The translations under genes and the position numbers were made by a program. From positions 259,470,001 to 259,534,000 of the forward strand of contig OZ024741.1 in NCBI GenBank assembly GCA_964016885.1: DNA of 64,000 bases, in the 5' to 3' direction. Origin of the DNA: Eledone cirrhosa. Lineage: Eukaryota. Shown one piece after another: positions 14,201-26,800 of the stretch; the stretch's first letter is position 1, and every line of letters begins with the position of its first letter. The notes below the pieces were generated by a model that was given only the letters and a program-made list of their open reading frames with translations, was not told the DNA's origin and searched no databases.

Positions 14201-14390
14201 GTAAGTCGAAGCACTCGTAAGCTGAAACACTCGTAAGCCGAAACACTCGTAAGTCGGAACACTCGTAAGTCGGAACACTCGTAAGTCAGAACACTCGTAA
14301 GTCAGAACACTCGTAAGTCAGAACACTCGTAAGTCGAAACACTCGTATCGAAACACTCGTATGTCAAAACACCCGTAAGTCAAAACACTC
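5270..14390 (+). repeat. Dispersed duplicate: ~5270-7560 recurs at ~11790-14390
   Basis: ORF twins 5717/12417 (6700), 6050/12782 and 6419/13151 (6732), 7235/14063 and cassettes 7047/13875 (6828). Shared rare variants include GTGGGAAC, GCGGAAAC and CCCTCGCAGG. Boundaries are approximate. Confidence 0.85.
9297..12283 (+). repeat. 1494-bp tandem duplication (cassette-free)
   Basis: ORF twins 9382/10876, 9934/11428 and 10386/11880 are all offset by 1494. Rare variants such as TAAAAAAGCTC, CATTAGCCG and GTCAGTCGG are shared. Confidence 0.92.
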
Positions 14391-17300
14391 GTAAGTCGAA
14401 ACACTCGTAAGCCGAAACATCCGTAAGTCAAAACATCCGTAAGTCAAAACATTCGTAAGTCGAAACACCCGTAGTCGAAACACTCGCAAGTCGAAACACT
14501 CGTAAGTCGAAACACGCGTAAGTCGAAACACATGTAAGTCAAAACACTCGTAAGTCAAAACACTCGTAAGCCGAAACACTCGTAAGTCGAAACACTCGTA
14601 AGTCGAAACACTCGTAAAGCGAAACGTATAAATAAATATTAATGTAATGAATTTGAAAAGCATAGAGATTTGAAACCGCGTCTATTTGTTATTTTCGTAA
14701 GTCGAAACACTCGTAAGCCGAAACACTCGTGAGCCGAAACACTCGTAAGTCGGAACACTCGTAAGTCAGAACACTCGTAAGTCAGAACACTCGTAAGTTA
14801 GAACACTCGTAAGTCAGAACACTCGTAAGTCAGAACACTCGTAAGTCGAAACACTCGTATCGAAACACTCGTATGTCAAAACACCCGTAAGTCAAAACAC
14901 TCGTAAGTCGAAACACTCGTAAGTCGAAACACTCGTAAGCCGAAACACTCGTAAGCCGAAACACTCGTAAGTCGGAACACTCGTAAGTCGGAACACTCGT
15001 AAGTCAGAACACTCGTAAGTCAGAACACTCGTAAGTCAGAACACTCGTAAGTCAGAACACTCGTAAGTCGAAACACTCGTATCGAAACACTCGTATGTCA
15101 AAACACCCGTAAGTCAAAACACTCGTAAGTCGAAACACTCGTAAGTCGAAACACTCGTATGTCGAAACATCCGTAAATCAGAACACTCGTAAGTCGAAAC
15201 ACTCGTAAGTCGAAACACTCGTAAGCCGAAACACTCGTAAGTCGAAGCACTCGTATCGAAACACTCGTAAGTCGAAACACCCTTAAGTCAAAACACTCGT
15301 AAGCCAAAACACTCGTAAGTCGAAACACTCGTAAGTCGGAACACTCGTAAGTCAGAACACTCGTAAGTCAGAACACTCGTAAGTGGAAACACGCGTAAGT
15401 CGAAAGACCCGTAAGTCAAAAATCTCGTAAGTCAAAACACTCGTAAGCCGAAACACACGTAAGTCGAAACACTCGTAAGTCGAAACATTCGTAAAGCGAA
15501 ACGTATAAATAAAGATTAATGTAATCAACTTGAAAAGCATAGATATTTGAAACCGCGTCTATTTGTTATTTTCGTAAGTCGAAACACTCGTAAGTCAGAA
15601 CACTCGTAAGTCAGAACACTCTTAAGTCAGAACACTCGTATCGAAACACGTATGTCAAAACACCCGTAAGTCAAAACACTCGTAAGTCGAAACACTCGTA
15701 AGTCGAAACACTCGTAAGCCGAAACAATCGTAAGTCAAAACACTCGTAAGTCGAAACACTCGTAAGCCGAAAATACTCGTAAGTCGGAACACCCGTAAGC
15801 CGAAACCCTCGTAAGTCGGAACACTCGTAAGTCAGAACACCCGTAAGTCAGAACACTCGTAGTCAGAACACTCGTTAGTCGAAACACTCGTAAGCCGAAA
15901 CACTCTTAAGTCGAAGCACTCGTAATCCGAAACACTCTTAAGTCAGAACACCCGTAAGTCAGAACACTCGTAAGTCAGAACACTCGTAAGTCAGAACACT
16001 CGTAAGTCAGAGCACTCGTATCGAAACACTCGTATGTCAAAACACCCGTAAGTCAAAACACTCGTAAGTCGAAACACTCGTAAGTCGAAACACTCGTAAG
16101 CCGAAACACCGTAAGCCAAAACACTCGTAAGTCGAAACACCCGTAAGTCGGAACACTCGTAAGTCGAAACACTCGTAAGCCGAAACACTCATAAGCCGAA
16201 ACACTCGTAAGTCGGAACACTCGTAAGTCAGAACACCCGTAAGTCAGAACACTCGTAGTCAGAACACTCGTTAGTCGAAACACTCGTAAGCCGAAACACT
16301 CTTAAGTCGAAGCACTCGTAATCCGAAACACTCTTAAGTCGAAACACTCGTAAGTCGGAAGACTCGTAAGTCAGAACACTCGTAAGTCAGAACACTCGTA
16401 AGTCGAAACACTCGTAAGCCGAAACATCCGTAAGTCAAAACATCCGTAGGTCAAAACATTCGTAAGTCGAAACACCCGTAGTCGAAACACTCGCATGTCG
16501 AAACACTCGTAAGTCGAAACACGCGTAAGTCGAAACACATGTAAGTCAAAACACTCGTAAGTCAAAACACTCGTAAGCCGAAACACTCGTAAGTCGAAAC
16601 ACTCGTAAAGCGAAACGTATAAATAAAGATTAATGTAATGAATTTGAAAAGCATAGAGATTTGAAACCGCGTCTATTTGTTATTTTCGTAAATCGAAACA
16701 CTCGTAAGCCGAAACACGCGTGAGCCGAAACACTCGTAAGTCGGAACACTCGTAAGTCAGAACACTCGTAAGTCAGAACACTCGTAAGTTAGAACACTCG
16801 TAAGTCAGAACACTCGTAAGTCAGAACACTCGTAAGTCAGAACACTCGTAAGTCGAAACACTCGTATCGAAACACTCGTATGTCAAAACACCAGTAAGTC
16901 AAAACACTCGTAAGTCGAAACACTCGTAAGCCGAAACACCGTAAGTCAAAACACTCGTAAGTCGAAACACTCGTAAGTCGAAACACTCGTAAGTCGAAAC
17001 ACTCGTAAGTCGAAACACTCGTAAGCCGAAACACTCGTAAGCCGAAACACTCGTAAGTCGGAACACTCGTAAGTCAGAACACTCATAAGTCAGAACACTC
17101 GTAAGTCAGAACACTCGTAAGTCGAAACACTCGTAAGCCGAAACACCGTAAGTCGAAACACCCGTATGTCGAAACACTCGTAAGCCGAAACACTCTTAAG
17201 TCGAAACACTCATAAGCCGAAACACTCGTAAGTCGGAACACTCGTAAATCAGAACACCCGCAAGTCAGAACACTCGTAAATCAGAACACTCTTAAGTCGA

Positions 17301-19494
17301 AACTCACGTACGCCGAAACACTCGTAAGTCGAAACACTCGTAAGTCGAAACATCCTTAAGTCGAAACACTCGTACACCGAAACACTCGTAAGTATAAACA
17401 TTAGTAAGTCGAAACACTCGTATGTCGAAACACTCGTAAACCGAAACACTCGTAAGTCGGAACACTCGTAAGTCAGAACACTCGTAAGTCAGAACACTCG
17501 TAAGTCGAAACACTCATAAGTCGAAACACTCGTAAGTCGAAACACCCGTAAGTCGAAACAACCGTAAGTCGAAACACTCGTATGTCGAATAACTCGTAAG
17601 CCGAAACACTCGTAAGCCAAAACATTCGTAAGTCGAAACACTCGTAAACCGAAACACTCGTAAGCCAAAACATTCGTAAGTCGAAACACTCGTAAGTCGA
17701 AACACCCATAGCCGAAACACTTGTAAGTCTGAACACACGTAAGTCAGAACACCCGTAAGTCAGAACACTCGTAAGTCAGAACACTCGTAAGTCAGAACAC
17801 TCGTAAGTCAGAGCACTCGTATCGAAACACTCGTATGTCAAAACACCCGTAAGTCAAAACACTCGTAAGTCGAAACACTCGTAAGCCGAAACACCGTAAG
17901 CCAAAACACTCGTAAGTCGAAACATCCGTAAGTCGCAACACTCGTAAGTCGAAACACTCGTAAGTCGAAACACTCGTAAGCCGAAACACTCGTAAGCCGA
18001 AACACTCGTAAGTCGGAACACTCGTAAGTCGGAACACTCGTAAGTCAGAACACTCGTAAGTCAGAACACTCGTAAGTCAGAACACTCGTAAGTCAGAACA
18101 CTCGTAAGTCGAAACACTCGTATCGAAACACTCGTATGTCAAAACACCCGTAAGTCAAAACACTCGTAAGTCGAAACACTCGTAAGTCGAAACATTCGTA
18201 TGTCGAAACATCCGTAAATCAGAACACTCGTAAGTCGAAACACTCGTAAGTCGAAACACTCGTAAGCCGAAACACTCGTAAGTCGAAGCACTCGTATCGA
18301 AACACTCGTAAGTCGAAACACCCTTAAGTCAAAACACTCGTAAGCCAAAACACTCGTAAGTCGAAACACTCGTAAGTCGGAACACTCGTAAGTCAGAACA
18401 CTCGTAAGTCAGAACACTCGTAAGTGGAAACACGCGTAAGTCGAAACAGTCATAAGTCGAAACACTCGTAAGTCGAAACACCCGTAAGTCGAAACACCCG
18501 TAAGTCGAAACACTCGTATGTCGAATAACTCGTAAGCCGAAACACCGTAAGTCAAAACACTCGTAAGTCGAAACACTCGTAAGTCGAAACACCCATAAGC
18601 CGAAACACTCGTAAGCCAAAACATTCGTAAGTCGAAACACTCGTAAGTCGAAACACCCATAGCCGAAACACTCGTAAGTCTGAACACACGTAAGTCAGAA
18701 CAGCCGTAAGTCAGAACACTCGTAAGTCAGAACACTCGTAAGTCAGAACACTCGTAAGTCAGAGCACTCGTATCGAAACACTCGTATGTCAAAACACCCG
18801 TAAGTCAAAACACTCGTAAGTCGAAACACTCGTAAGCCGAAATACCGTAAGCCAAAACACTCGTAAGTCGAAACACCCGTAAGTCGGAACACTCGTAAGT
18901 CGAAACACTCGTAAGTCGAAACACTCGTAAGCCGAAACACTCGTAAGCCGAAACACTCGTAAGTCGGAACACTCGTAAGTCGGAACACTCGTAAGTCAGA
19001 ACACTCGTAAGTCAGAACACTCGTAAGTCAGAACACTCGTAAGTCAGAACACTCGTAAGTCGAAACACTCGTATCGAAACACTCGTATGTCAAAACACCC
19101 GTAAGTCAAAACACTCGTAAGTCGAAACACTCGTAAGTCGAAACACTCGTATGTCGAAACATCCGTAAATCAGAACACTCGTAAGTCGAAACACTCGTAA
19201 GTCGAAACACTCGTAAGCCGAAACACTCGTAAGTCGAAGCACTCGTATCGAAACACTCGTAAGTCGAAACACCCTTAAGTCAAAACACTCGTAAGCCAAA
19301 ACACTCGTAAGTCGAAACACTCGTAAGTCGGAACACTCGTATGTCAGAACACTCGTAAGTCAGAACACTCGTAAGTGGAAACACGCGTAAGTCGAAAGAC
19401 CCGTAAGTCAAAAATCTCGTAAGTCAAAACACTCGTAAGCCGAAACACTCGTAAGTTGAAACACTCGTAAGTCGAAACATTCGTAAAGCGAAAC

Positions 19495-19564
19495 GTATAA
19501 ATAAAGATTAATGTAATGAACTTGAAAAGCATAGATATTTGAAACCGCGTCTATTTGTTATTTT
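19495..19564 (+). repeat. 70-bp cassette, type B exemplar (AACTT core, ATAGATATTT from 15.5 kb onward; preceded by a CATTC monomer)
   Basis: Read directly. 14 copies are of this type: 669, 942, 7893, 15503, 19495, 21521, 23482, 25556, 27147, 29221, 31487, 33078, 35152, 36860. Confidence 0.95.
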
Positions 19565-22500
19565 CGTAAGTCGAAACACTCGTAAGTCAGAACACTCGTA
19601 AGTCAGAACACTCTTAAGTCAGAACACTCGTATCGAAACACGTATGTCAAAACACCCGTAAGTCAAAACACTCGTAAGTCGAAACACTCGTAAGCCGAAA
19701 CAATCGTAAGTCAAAACACTCGTAAGTCGAAACACTCGTAAGCCGAAAATACTCGTAAGTCGGAACACCCGTAAGCCGAAACCCTCGTAGGTCGGAACAC
19801 TCGTAAGTCGAAACACTCGTAAGTCGAAACACCCGTAAGTCGAAACACTCGTAAGTCGAAACACCCGTAAGTCGAAACATCCGTAAGTCAAAACACTCGT
19901 ATGTCGAAACACTCGTAAGCCGAAACACTCGTAAGTCGGAACACTCGCAAGTCAGAACACTCGTAAGTCAGAACACTCGTAAGTCGAAACACTCGTAAGT
20001 CGAAACACTCGTATGTCGAAACACTCGCAAGCCGAAAAACCGTAAGTCAAAACACTCGTAAGTCGAAACACTCGTAAATCGAAACACTCGTAAGCCGAAA
20101 CACTCGTAAGCGAAAACATTCGTTAGTCGAAACACTCGTATCCCGAAACACTCGTAAGTCGAAACACTCGAAAGCCGAAACACTCGTAAGTCGAAACACT
20201 CATAAGCCGAAACACTCGTAAGTCGGAACACTCGTAAGTCAGAACACCCGTAAATCAGAACACTCGTAGTCAGAACACTCGTAAGTCGAAACACTCGTAA
20301 GCCGAAACACTCGCAAGTCGAAGCACTCGTAATCCGAAACACTCTTAAGTCGAAACACTCGTAAGTCGGAACACTCGTAAGTCAGAACACTCGTAAGTCA
20401 GAACACTCGTAAGTCGAAACACTCGTAAGCCGAAACATCCGTAAGTCAAAACATCCGTAAGTCAAAACATTCGTAAGTCGAAACACCCGTAGTCGAAACA
20501 CTCGCAAGTCGAAACACTCGTAAGTCGAAACACGCGTAAGTCGAAACACATGTAAGTCAAAACACTCGTAAGTCAAAACACTCGTAAGCCGAAACACTCG
20601 TAAGTCGAAACACTCGTAAGTCGAAACACTCGTAAAGCGAAACGTATAAATAAATATTAATGTAATGAATTTGAAAAGCATAGAGATTTGAAACCGCGTC
20701 TATTTGTTATTTTCGTAAGTCGAAACACTCGTAAGCCGAAACACTCGTGAGCCGAAACACTCGTAAGTCGGAACACTCGTAAGTCAGAACACTCGTAAGT
20801 CAGAACACTCGTAAGTTAGAACACTCGTAAGTCAGAACACTCGTAAGTCAGAACACTCGTAAGTCGAAACACTCGTATCGAAACACTCGTATGTCAAAAC
20901 ACCCGTAAGTCAAAACACTCGTAAGTCGAAACACTCGTAAGTCGAAACACTCGTAAGCCGAAACACTCGTAAGCCGAAACACTCGTAAGTCGGAACACTC
21001 GTAAGTCGGAACACTCGTAAGTCAGAACACTCGTAAGTCAGAACACTCGTAAGTCAGAACACTCGTAAGTCAGAACACTCGTAAGTCGAAACACTCGTAT
21101 CGAAACACTCGTATGTCAAAACACCCGTAAGTCAAAACACTTGTAAGTCGAAACACTCGTAAGTCGAAACACTCGTATGTCGAAACATCCGTAAATCAGA
21201 ACACTCGTAAGTCGAAACACTCGTAAGTCGAAACACTCGTAAGCCGAAACACTCGTAAGTCGAAGCACTCGTATCGAAACACTCGTAAGTCGAAACACCC
21301 TTAAGTCAAAACACTCGTAAGCCAAAACACTCGTAAGTCGAAACACTCGTAAGTCGGAACACTCGTAAGTCAGAACACTCGTAAGTCAGAACACTCGTAA
21401 GTGGAAACACGCGTAAGTCGAAAGACCCGTAAGTCAAAAATCTCGTAAGTCAAAACACTCGTAAGCCGAAACATTCGTAAGTCGAAACACTCGTAAGTCG
21501 AAACATTCGTAAAGCGAAACGTATAAATAAAGATTAATGTAATCAACTTGAAAAGCATAGATATTTGAAACCGCGTCTATTTGTTATTTTCGTAAGTCGA
21601 AACACTCGTAAGTCAGAACACTCGTAAGTCAGAACACTCTTAAGTCAGAACACTCGTATCGAAACACGTATGTCAAAACACCCGTAAGTCAAAACACCCG
21701 TAAGCCGAAACCCTCGTAGGTCGGAACACTCGTAAGTCGAAACACTCGTAAGTCGAAACACCCGTAAGTCGAAACACTCGTAAGTCGAAACACCCGTAAG
21801 TCGAAACATCCGTAAGTCAAAACACTCGTATGTCGAAACACTCGTAAGCCGAAACACTCGTAAGTCGGAACACTCGCAAGTCAGAACACTCGTAAGTCAG
21901 AACACTCGTAAGTCGAAACACTCGTAAGTCGAAACACCCGTAAGTCGAAACGCCCGTAAGTCAAAACACTCGTATGTCGAAACACTCGCAAGCCGAAAAA
22001 CCGTAAGTCAGAACACTCGTAAGTCGAAACACTCGTAAATCGAAACACTCGTAAGCCGAAACACTCGTAAGCGAAAACATTCGTTAGTCGAAACACTCGT
22101 AACCCGAAACACTCGTAAGTCGAAACACTCGAAAGCCGAAACACTCGTAAGTCGAAACACTCATAAGCCGAAACACTCGTAAGTCGGAACACTCGTAAGT
22201 CAGAACACCCGTAAATCAGAACACTCGTAGTCAGAACACTCGTAAGTCGAAACACTCGTAAGCCGAAACACTCGCAAGTCGAAGCACTCGTAATCCGAAA
22301 CACTCTTAAGTCGAAACACTCGTAAGTCGGAACACTCGTAAGTCAGAACACTCGTAAGTCAGAACACTCGTAAGTCGAAACACTCGTAAGCCGAAACATC
22401 CGTAAGTCAAAACATCCGTAAGTCAAAACATTCGTAAGTCGAAACACCCGTAGTCGAAACACTCGCAAGTCGAAACACTCGTAAGTCGAAACACGCGTAA

Positions 22501-23889
22501 GTCGAAACACATGTAAGTCAAAACACTCGTAAGTCAAAACACTCGTAAGCCGAAACACTCGTAAGTCGAAACACTCGTAAGTCGAAACACTCGTAAAGCG
22601 AAACGTATAAATAAATATTAATGTAATGAATTTGAAAAGCATAGAGATTTGAAACCGCGTCTATTTGTTATTTTCGTAAGTCGAAACACTCGTAAGCCGA
22701 AACACTCGTGAGCCGAAACACTCGTAAGTCGGAACACTCGTAAGTCAGAACACTCGTAAGTCAGAACACTCGTAAGTTAGAACACTCGTAAGTCAGAACA
22801 CTCGTAAGTCAGAACACTCGTAAGTCGAAACACTCGTATCGAAACACTCGTATGTCAAAACACCCGTAAGTCAAAACACTCGTAAGTCGAAACACTCGTA
22901 AGTCGAAACACTCGTAAGCCGAAACACTCGTAAGCCGAAACACTCGTAAGTCGGAACACTCGTAAGTCGGAACACTCGTAAGTCAGAACACTCGTAAGTC
23001 AGAACACTCGTAAGTCAGAACACTCGTAAGTCAGAACACTCGTAAGTCGAAACACTCGTATCGAAACACTCGTATGTCAAAACACCCGTAAGTCAAAACA
23101 CTCGTAAGTCGAAACACTCGTAAGTCGAAACACTCGTATGTCGAAACATCTGTAAATCAGAACACTCGTAAGTCGAAACACTCGTAAGTCGAAACACTCG
23201 TAAGCCGAAACACTCGTAAGTCGAAGCACTCGTATCGAAACACTCGTAAGTCGAAACACCCTTAAGTCAAAACACTCGTAAGCCAAAACACTCGTAAGTC
23301 GAAACACTCGTAAGTCGGAACACTCGTAAGTCAGAACACTCGTAAGTCAGAACACTCGTAAGTGGAAACACGCGTAAGTCGAAAGACCCGTAAGTCAAAA
23401 ATCTCGTAAGTCAAAACACTCGTAAGCCGAAACACTCGTAAGTCGAAACACTCGTAAGTCGAAACATTCGTAAAGCGAAACGTATAAATAAAGATTAATG
23501 TAATGAACTTGAAAAGCATAGATATTTGAAACCGCGTCTATTTGTTATTTTCGTAAGTCGAAACACTCGTAAGTCAGAACACTCGTAAGTCAGAACACTC
23601 GTATCGAAACACGTATGTCAAAACACCCGTAAGTCAAAACACTCGTAAGTCGAAACACTCGTAAGTCGAAACACTCGTAAGCCGAAACAATCGTAAGTCA
23701 AAACACTCGTAAGTCGAAACACTCGTAAGCCGAAAATACTCGTAAGTCGGAACACCCGTAAGCCGAAACCCTCGTAGGTCGGAACACTCGTAAGTCGAAA
23801 CACTCTTAAGTCGAAACACCCGTAAGTCGAAACACTCGTAAGTCGAAACACCCGTAAGTCGAAACATCCGTAAGTCAAAACACTCGTAT

Positions 23890-26800
23890 GTCGAAACACT
23901 CGTAAGCCGAAACACTCGTAAGTCGGAACACTCGCAAGTCAGAACACTCGTAAGTCAGAACACTCGTAAGTCGAAACACTCGTAAGTCGAAACACCCGTA
24001 AGTCGAAACGCCCGTAAGTCAAAACACTCGTATGTCGAAACACTCGCAAGCCGAAAAACCGTAAGTCAAAACACTCGTAAGTCGAAACACTCGTAAATCG
24101 AAACACTCGTAAGCCGAAACACTCGTAAGCGAAAACATTCGTTAGTCGAAACATTCGTAACCCGAAACACTCGTAAGTCGAAACACTCGAAAGCCGAAAC
24201 ACTCATAAGTCGAAACACTCATAAGCCGAAACACTCGTAAGTCGGAACACTCGTAAGTCAGAACACCCGTAAATCAGAACACTCGTAGTCAGAACACTCG
24301 TAAGTCGAAACACTCGTAAGCCGAAACACTCGCAAGTCGAAGCACTCGTTATCCGAAACACTCTTAAGTCGAAACACTCGTAAGTCGGAACACTCGTAAG
24401 TCAGAACACTCGTAAGTCAGAACACTCGTAAGTCGAAACACTCGTAAGCCGAAACATCCGTAAGTCAAAACATCCGTAAGTCAAAACATTCGTAAGTCGA
24501 AACACCCGTAGTCGAAACACTCGCAAGTCGAAACACTCGTAAGTCGAAACACGCGTAAGTCGAAACACATGTAAGTCAAAACACTCGTAAGTCAAAACAC
24601 TCGTAAGCCGAAACACTCGTAAGTCGAAACACTCGTAAGTCGAAACACTCGTAAAGCGAAACGTATCAATAAAGATTAATGTAATGAATTTGAAAAGCAT
24701 AGAGATTTGAAACCGCGTCTATTTGTTATTTTCGTAAGTCGAAACACTCGTAAGCCGAAACACTCGTGAGCCGAAACACTCGTAAGTCGGAACACTCGTA
24801 AGTCAGAACACTCGTAAGTCAGAACACTCGTAAGTTAGAACACTCGTAAGTCAGAACACTCGTAAGTCAGAACACTCGTAAGTCGAAACACTCGTATCGA
24901 AACACTCGTATGTCAAAACACCCGTAAGTCAAAACACTCGTAAGTCGAAACACTCGTAAGTCGAAACACTCGTAAGCCGAAACACTCGAAAGCCGAAACA
25001 CTCGTAAGTCGGAACACTCGTAAGTCGGAACACTCGTAAGTCAGAACACTCGTAAGTCAGAACACTCGTAAGTCAGAACACTCGTAAGTCAGAACACTCG
25101 TAAGTCGAAACACTCGTATCGAAACACTCGTATGTCAAAACACCCGTAAGTCAAAACACTCGTAAGTCGAAACACTCGTAAGTCGAAACACTCGTATGTC
25201 GAAACATCCGTAAATCAGAACACTCGTAAGTCGAAACACTCGTAAGTCGAAACACTCGTAAGCCGAAACACTCGTAAGTCGAAGCACTCGTATCGAAACA
25301 CTCGTAAGTCGAAACACCCTTAAGTCAAAACACTCGTAAGCCAAAACACTCGTAAGTCGAAACACTCGTAAGTCGGAACACTCGTAAGTCAGAACACTCG
25401 TAAGTCAGAACACTCGTAAGTGGAAACACGCGTAAGTCGAAAGACCCGTAAGTCAAAAATCTCGTAAGTCAAAACACTCGTAAGCCGAAACACTCGTAAG
25501 TCGAAACACTCGTAAGTCGAAACACTCGTAAGTCGAAACATTCGTAAAGCGAAACGTATAAATAAAGATTAATGTAATGAACTTGAAAAGCATAGATATT
25601 TGAAACCGCGTCTATTTGTTATTTTCGTAAGTCGAAACACTCGTAAGTCAGAACACTCGTAAGTCAGAACACTCTTAAGTCAGAACACTCGTATCGAAAC
25701 ACGTATGTCAAAACACCCGTAAGTCAAAACACTCGTAAGTCGAAACACTCGTAAGTCGAAACACTCGTAAGCCGAAACAATCGTAAGTCAAAACACTCGT
25801 AAGTCGAAACACTCGTAAGCCGAAAATACTCGTAAGTCGGAACACCCGTAAGCCGAAACCCTCGTAGGTCGGAACACTCGTAAGTCAAAACACTCGTAAG
25901 TCGAAACACCCGTAAGTCGAAACACTCGTAAGTCGAAACACCCGTAAGTCGAAACATCCGTAAGTCAAAACACTCGTATGTCGAAACACTCGTAAGCCGA
26001 AACACTCGTAAGTCAGAACACTCGTAAGTCAGAACACTCGTAAGTCGAAACACTCATAAGTCGAAACACTCGTAAGTCGAAACACCCGTAAGTCGAAACA
26101 CCCGTAAGTCGAAACACTCGTATGTCGAATAACTCGTAAGCCGAAACACCGTAAGTCAAAACACTCGTAAGTCGAAACACTCGTAAGTCGAAACACCCAT
26201 AAGCCGAAACACTCGTAAGCCAAAACATTCGTAAGTCGAAACACTCGTAAACCGAAACACTCGTAAGCCAAAACATTCGTAAGTCGAAACACTCGTAAGT
26301 CGAAACACCCATAGCCGAAACACTCGTAAGTCTGAACACACGTAAGTCAGAACAGCCGTAAGTCAGAACACTCGTAAGTCAGAACACTCGTAAGTCAGAA
26401 CACTCGTAAGTCAGAGCACTCGTATCGAAACACTCGTATGTCAAAACACCCGTAAGTCAAAACACTCGTAAGTCGAAACACTCGTAAGCCGAAACACCGT
26501 AAGCCAAAACACTCGTAAGTCGAAACACCCGTAAGTCGGAACACTCGTAAGTCGAAACACTCGTAAGTCGAAACACTCGTAAGCCGAAACACTCGTAAGC
26601 CGAAACACTCGTAAGTCGGAACACTCGTAAGTCGGAACACTCGTAAGTCAGAACACTCGTAAGTCAGAACACTCGTAAGTCAGAACACTCGTAAGTCAGA
26701 ACACTCGTAAGTCGAAACACTCGTATCGAAACACTCGTATGTCAAAACACCCGTAAGTCAAAACACTCGTAAGTCGAAACACTCGTAAGTCGAAACACTC

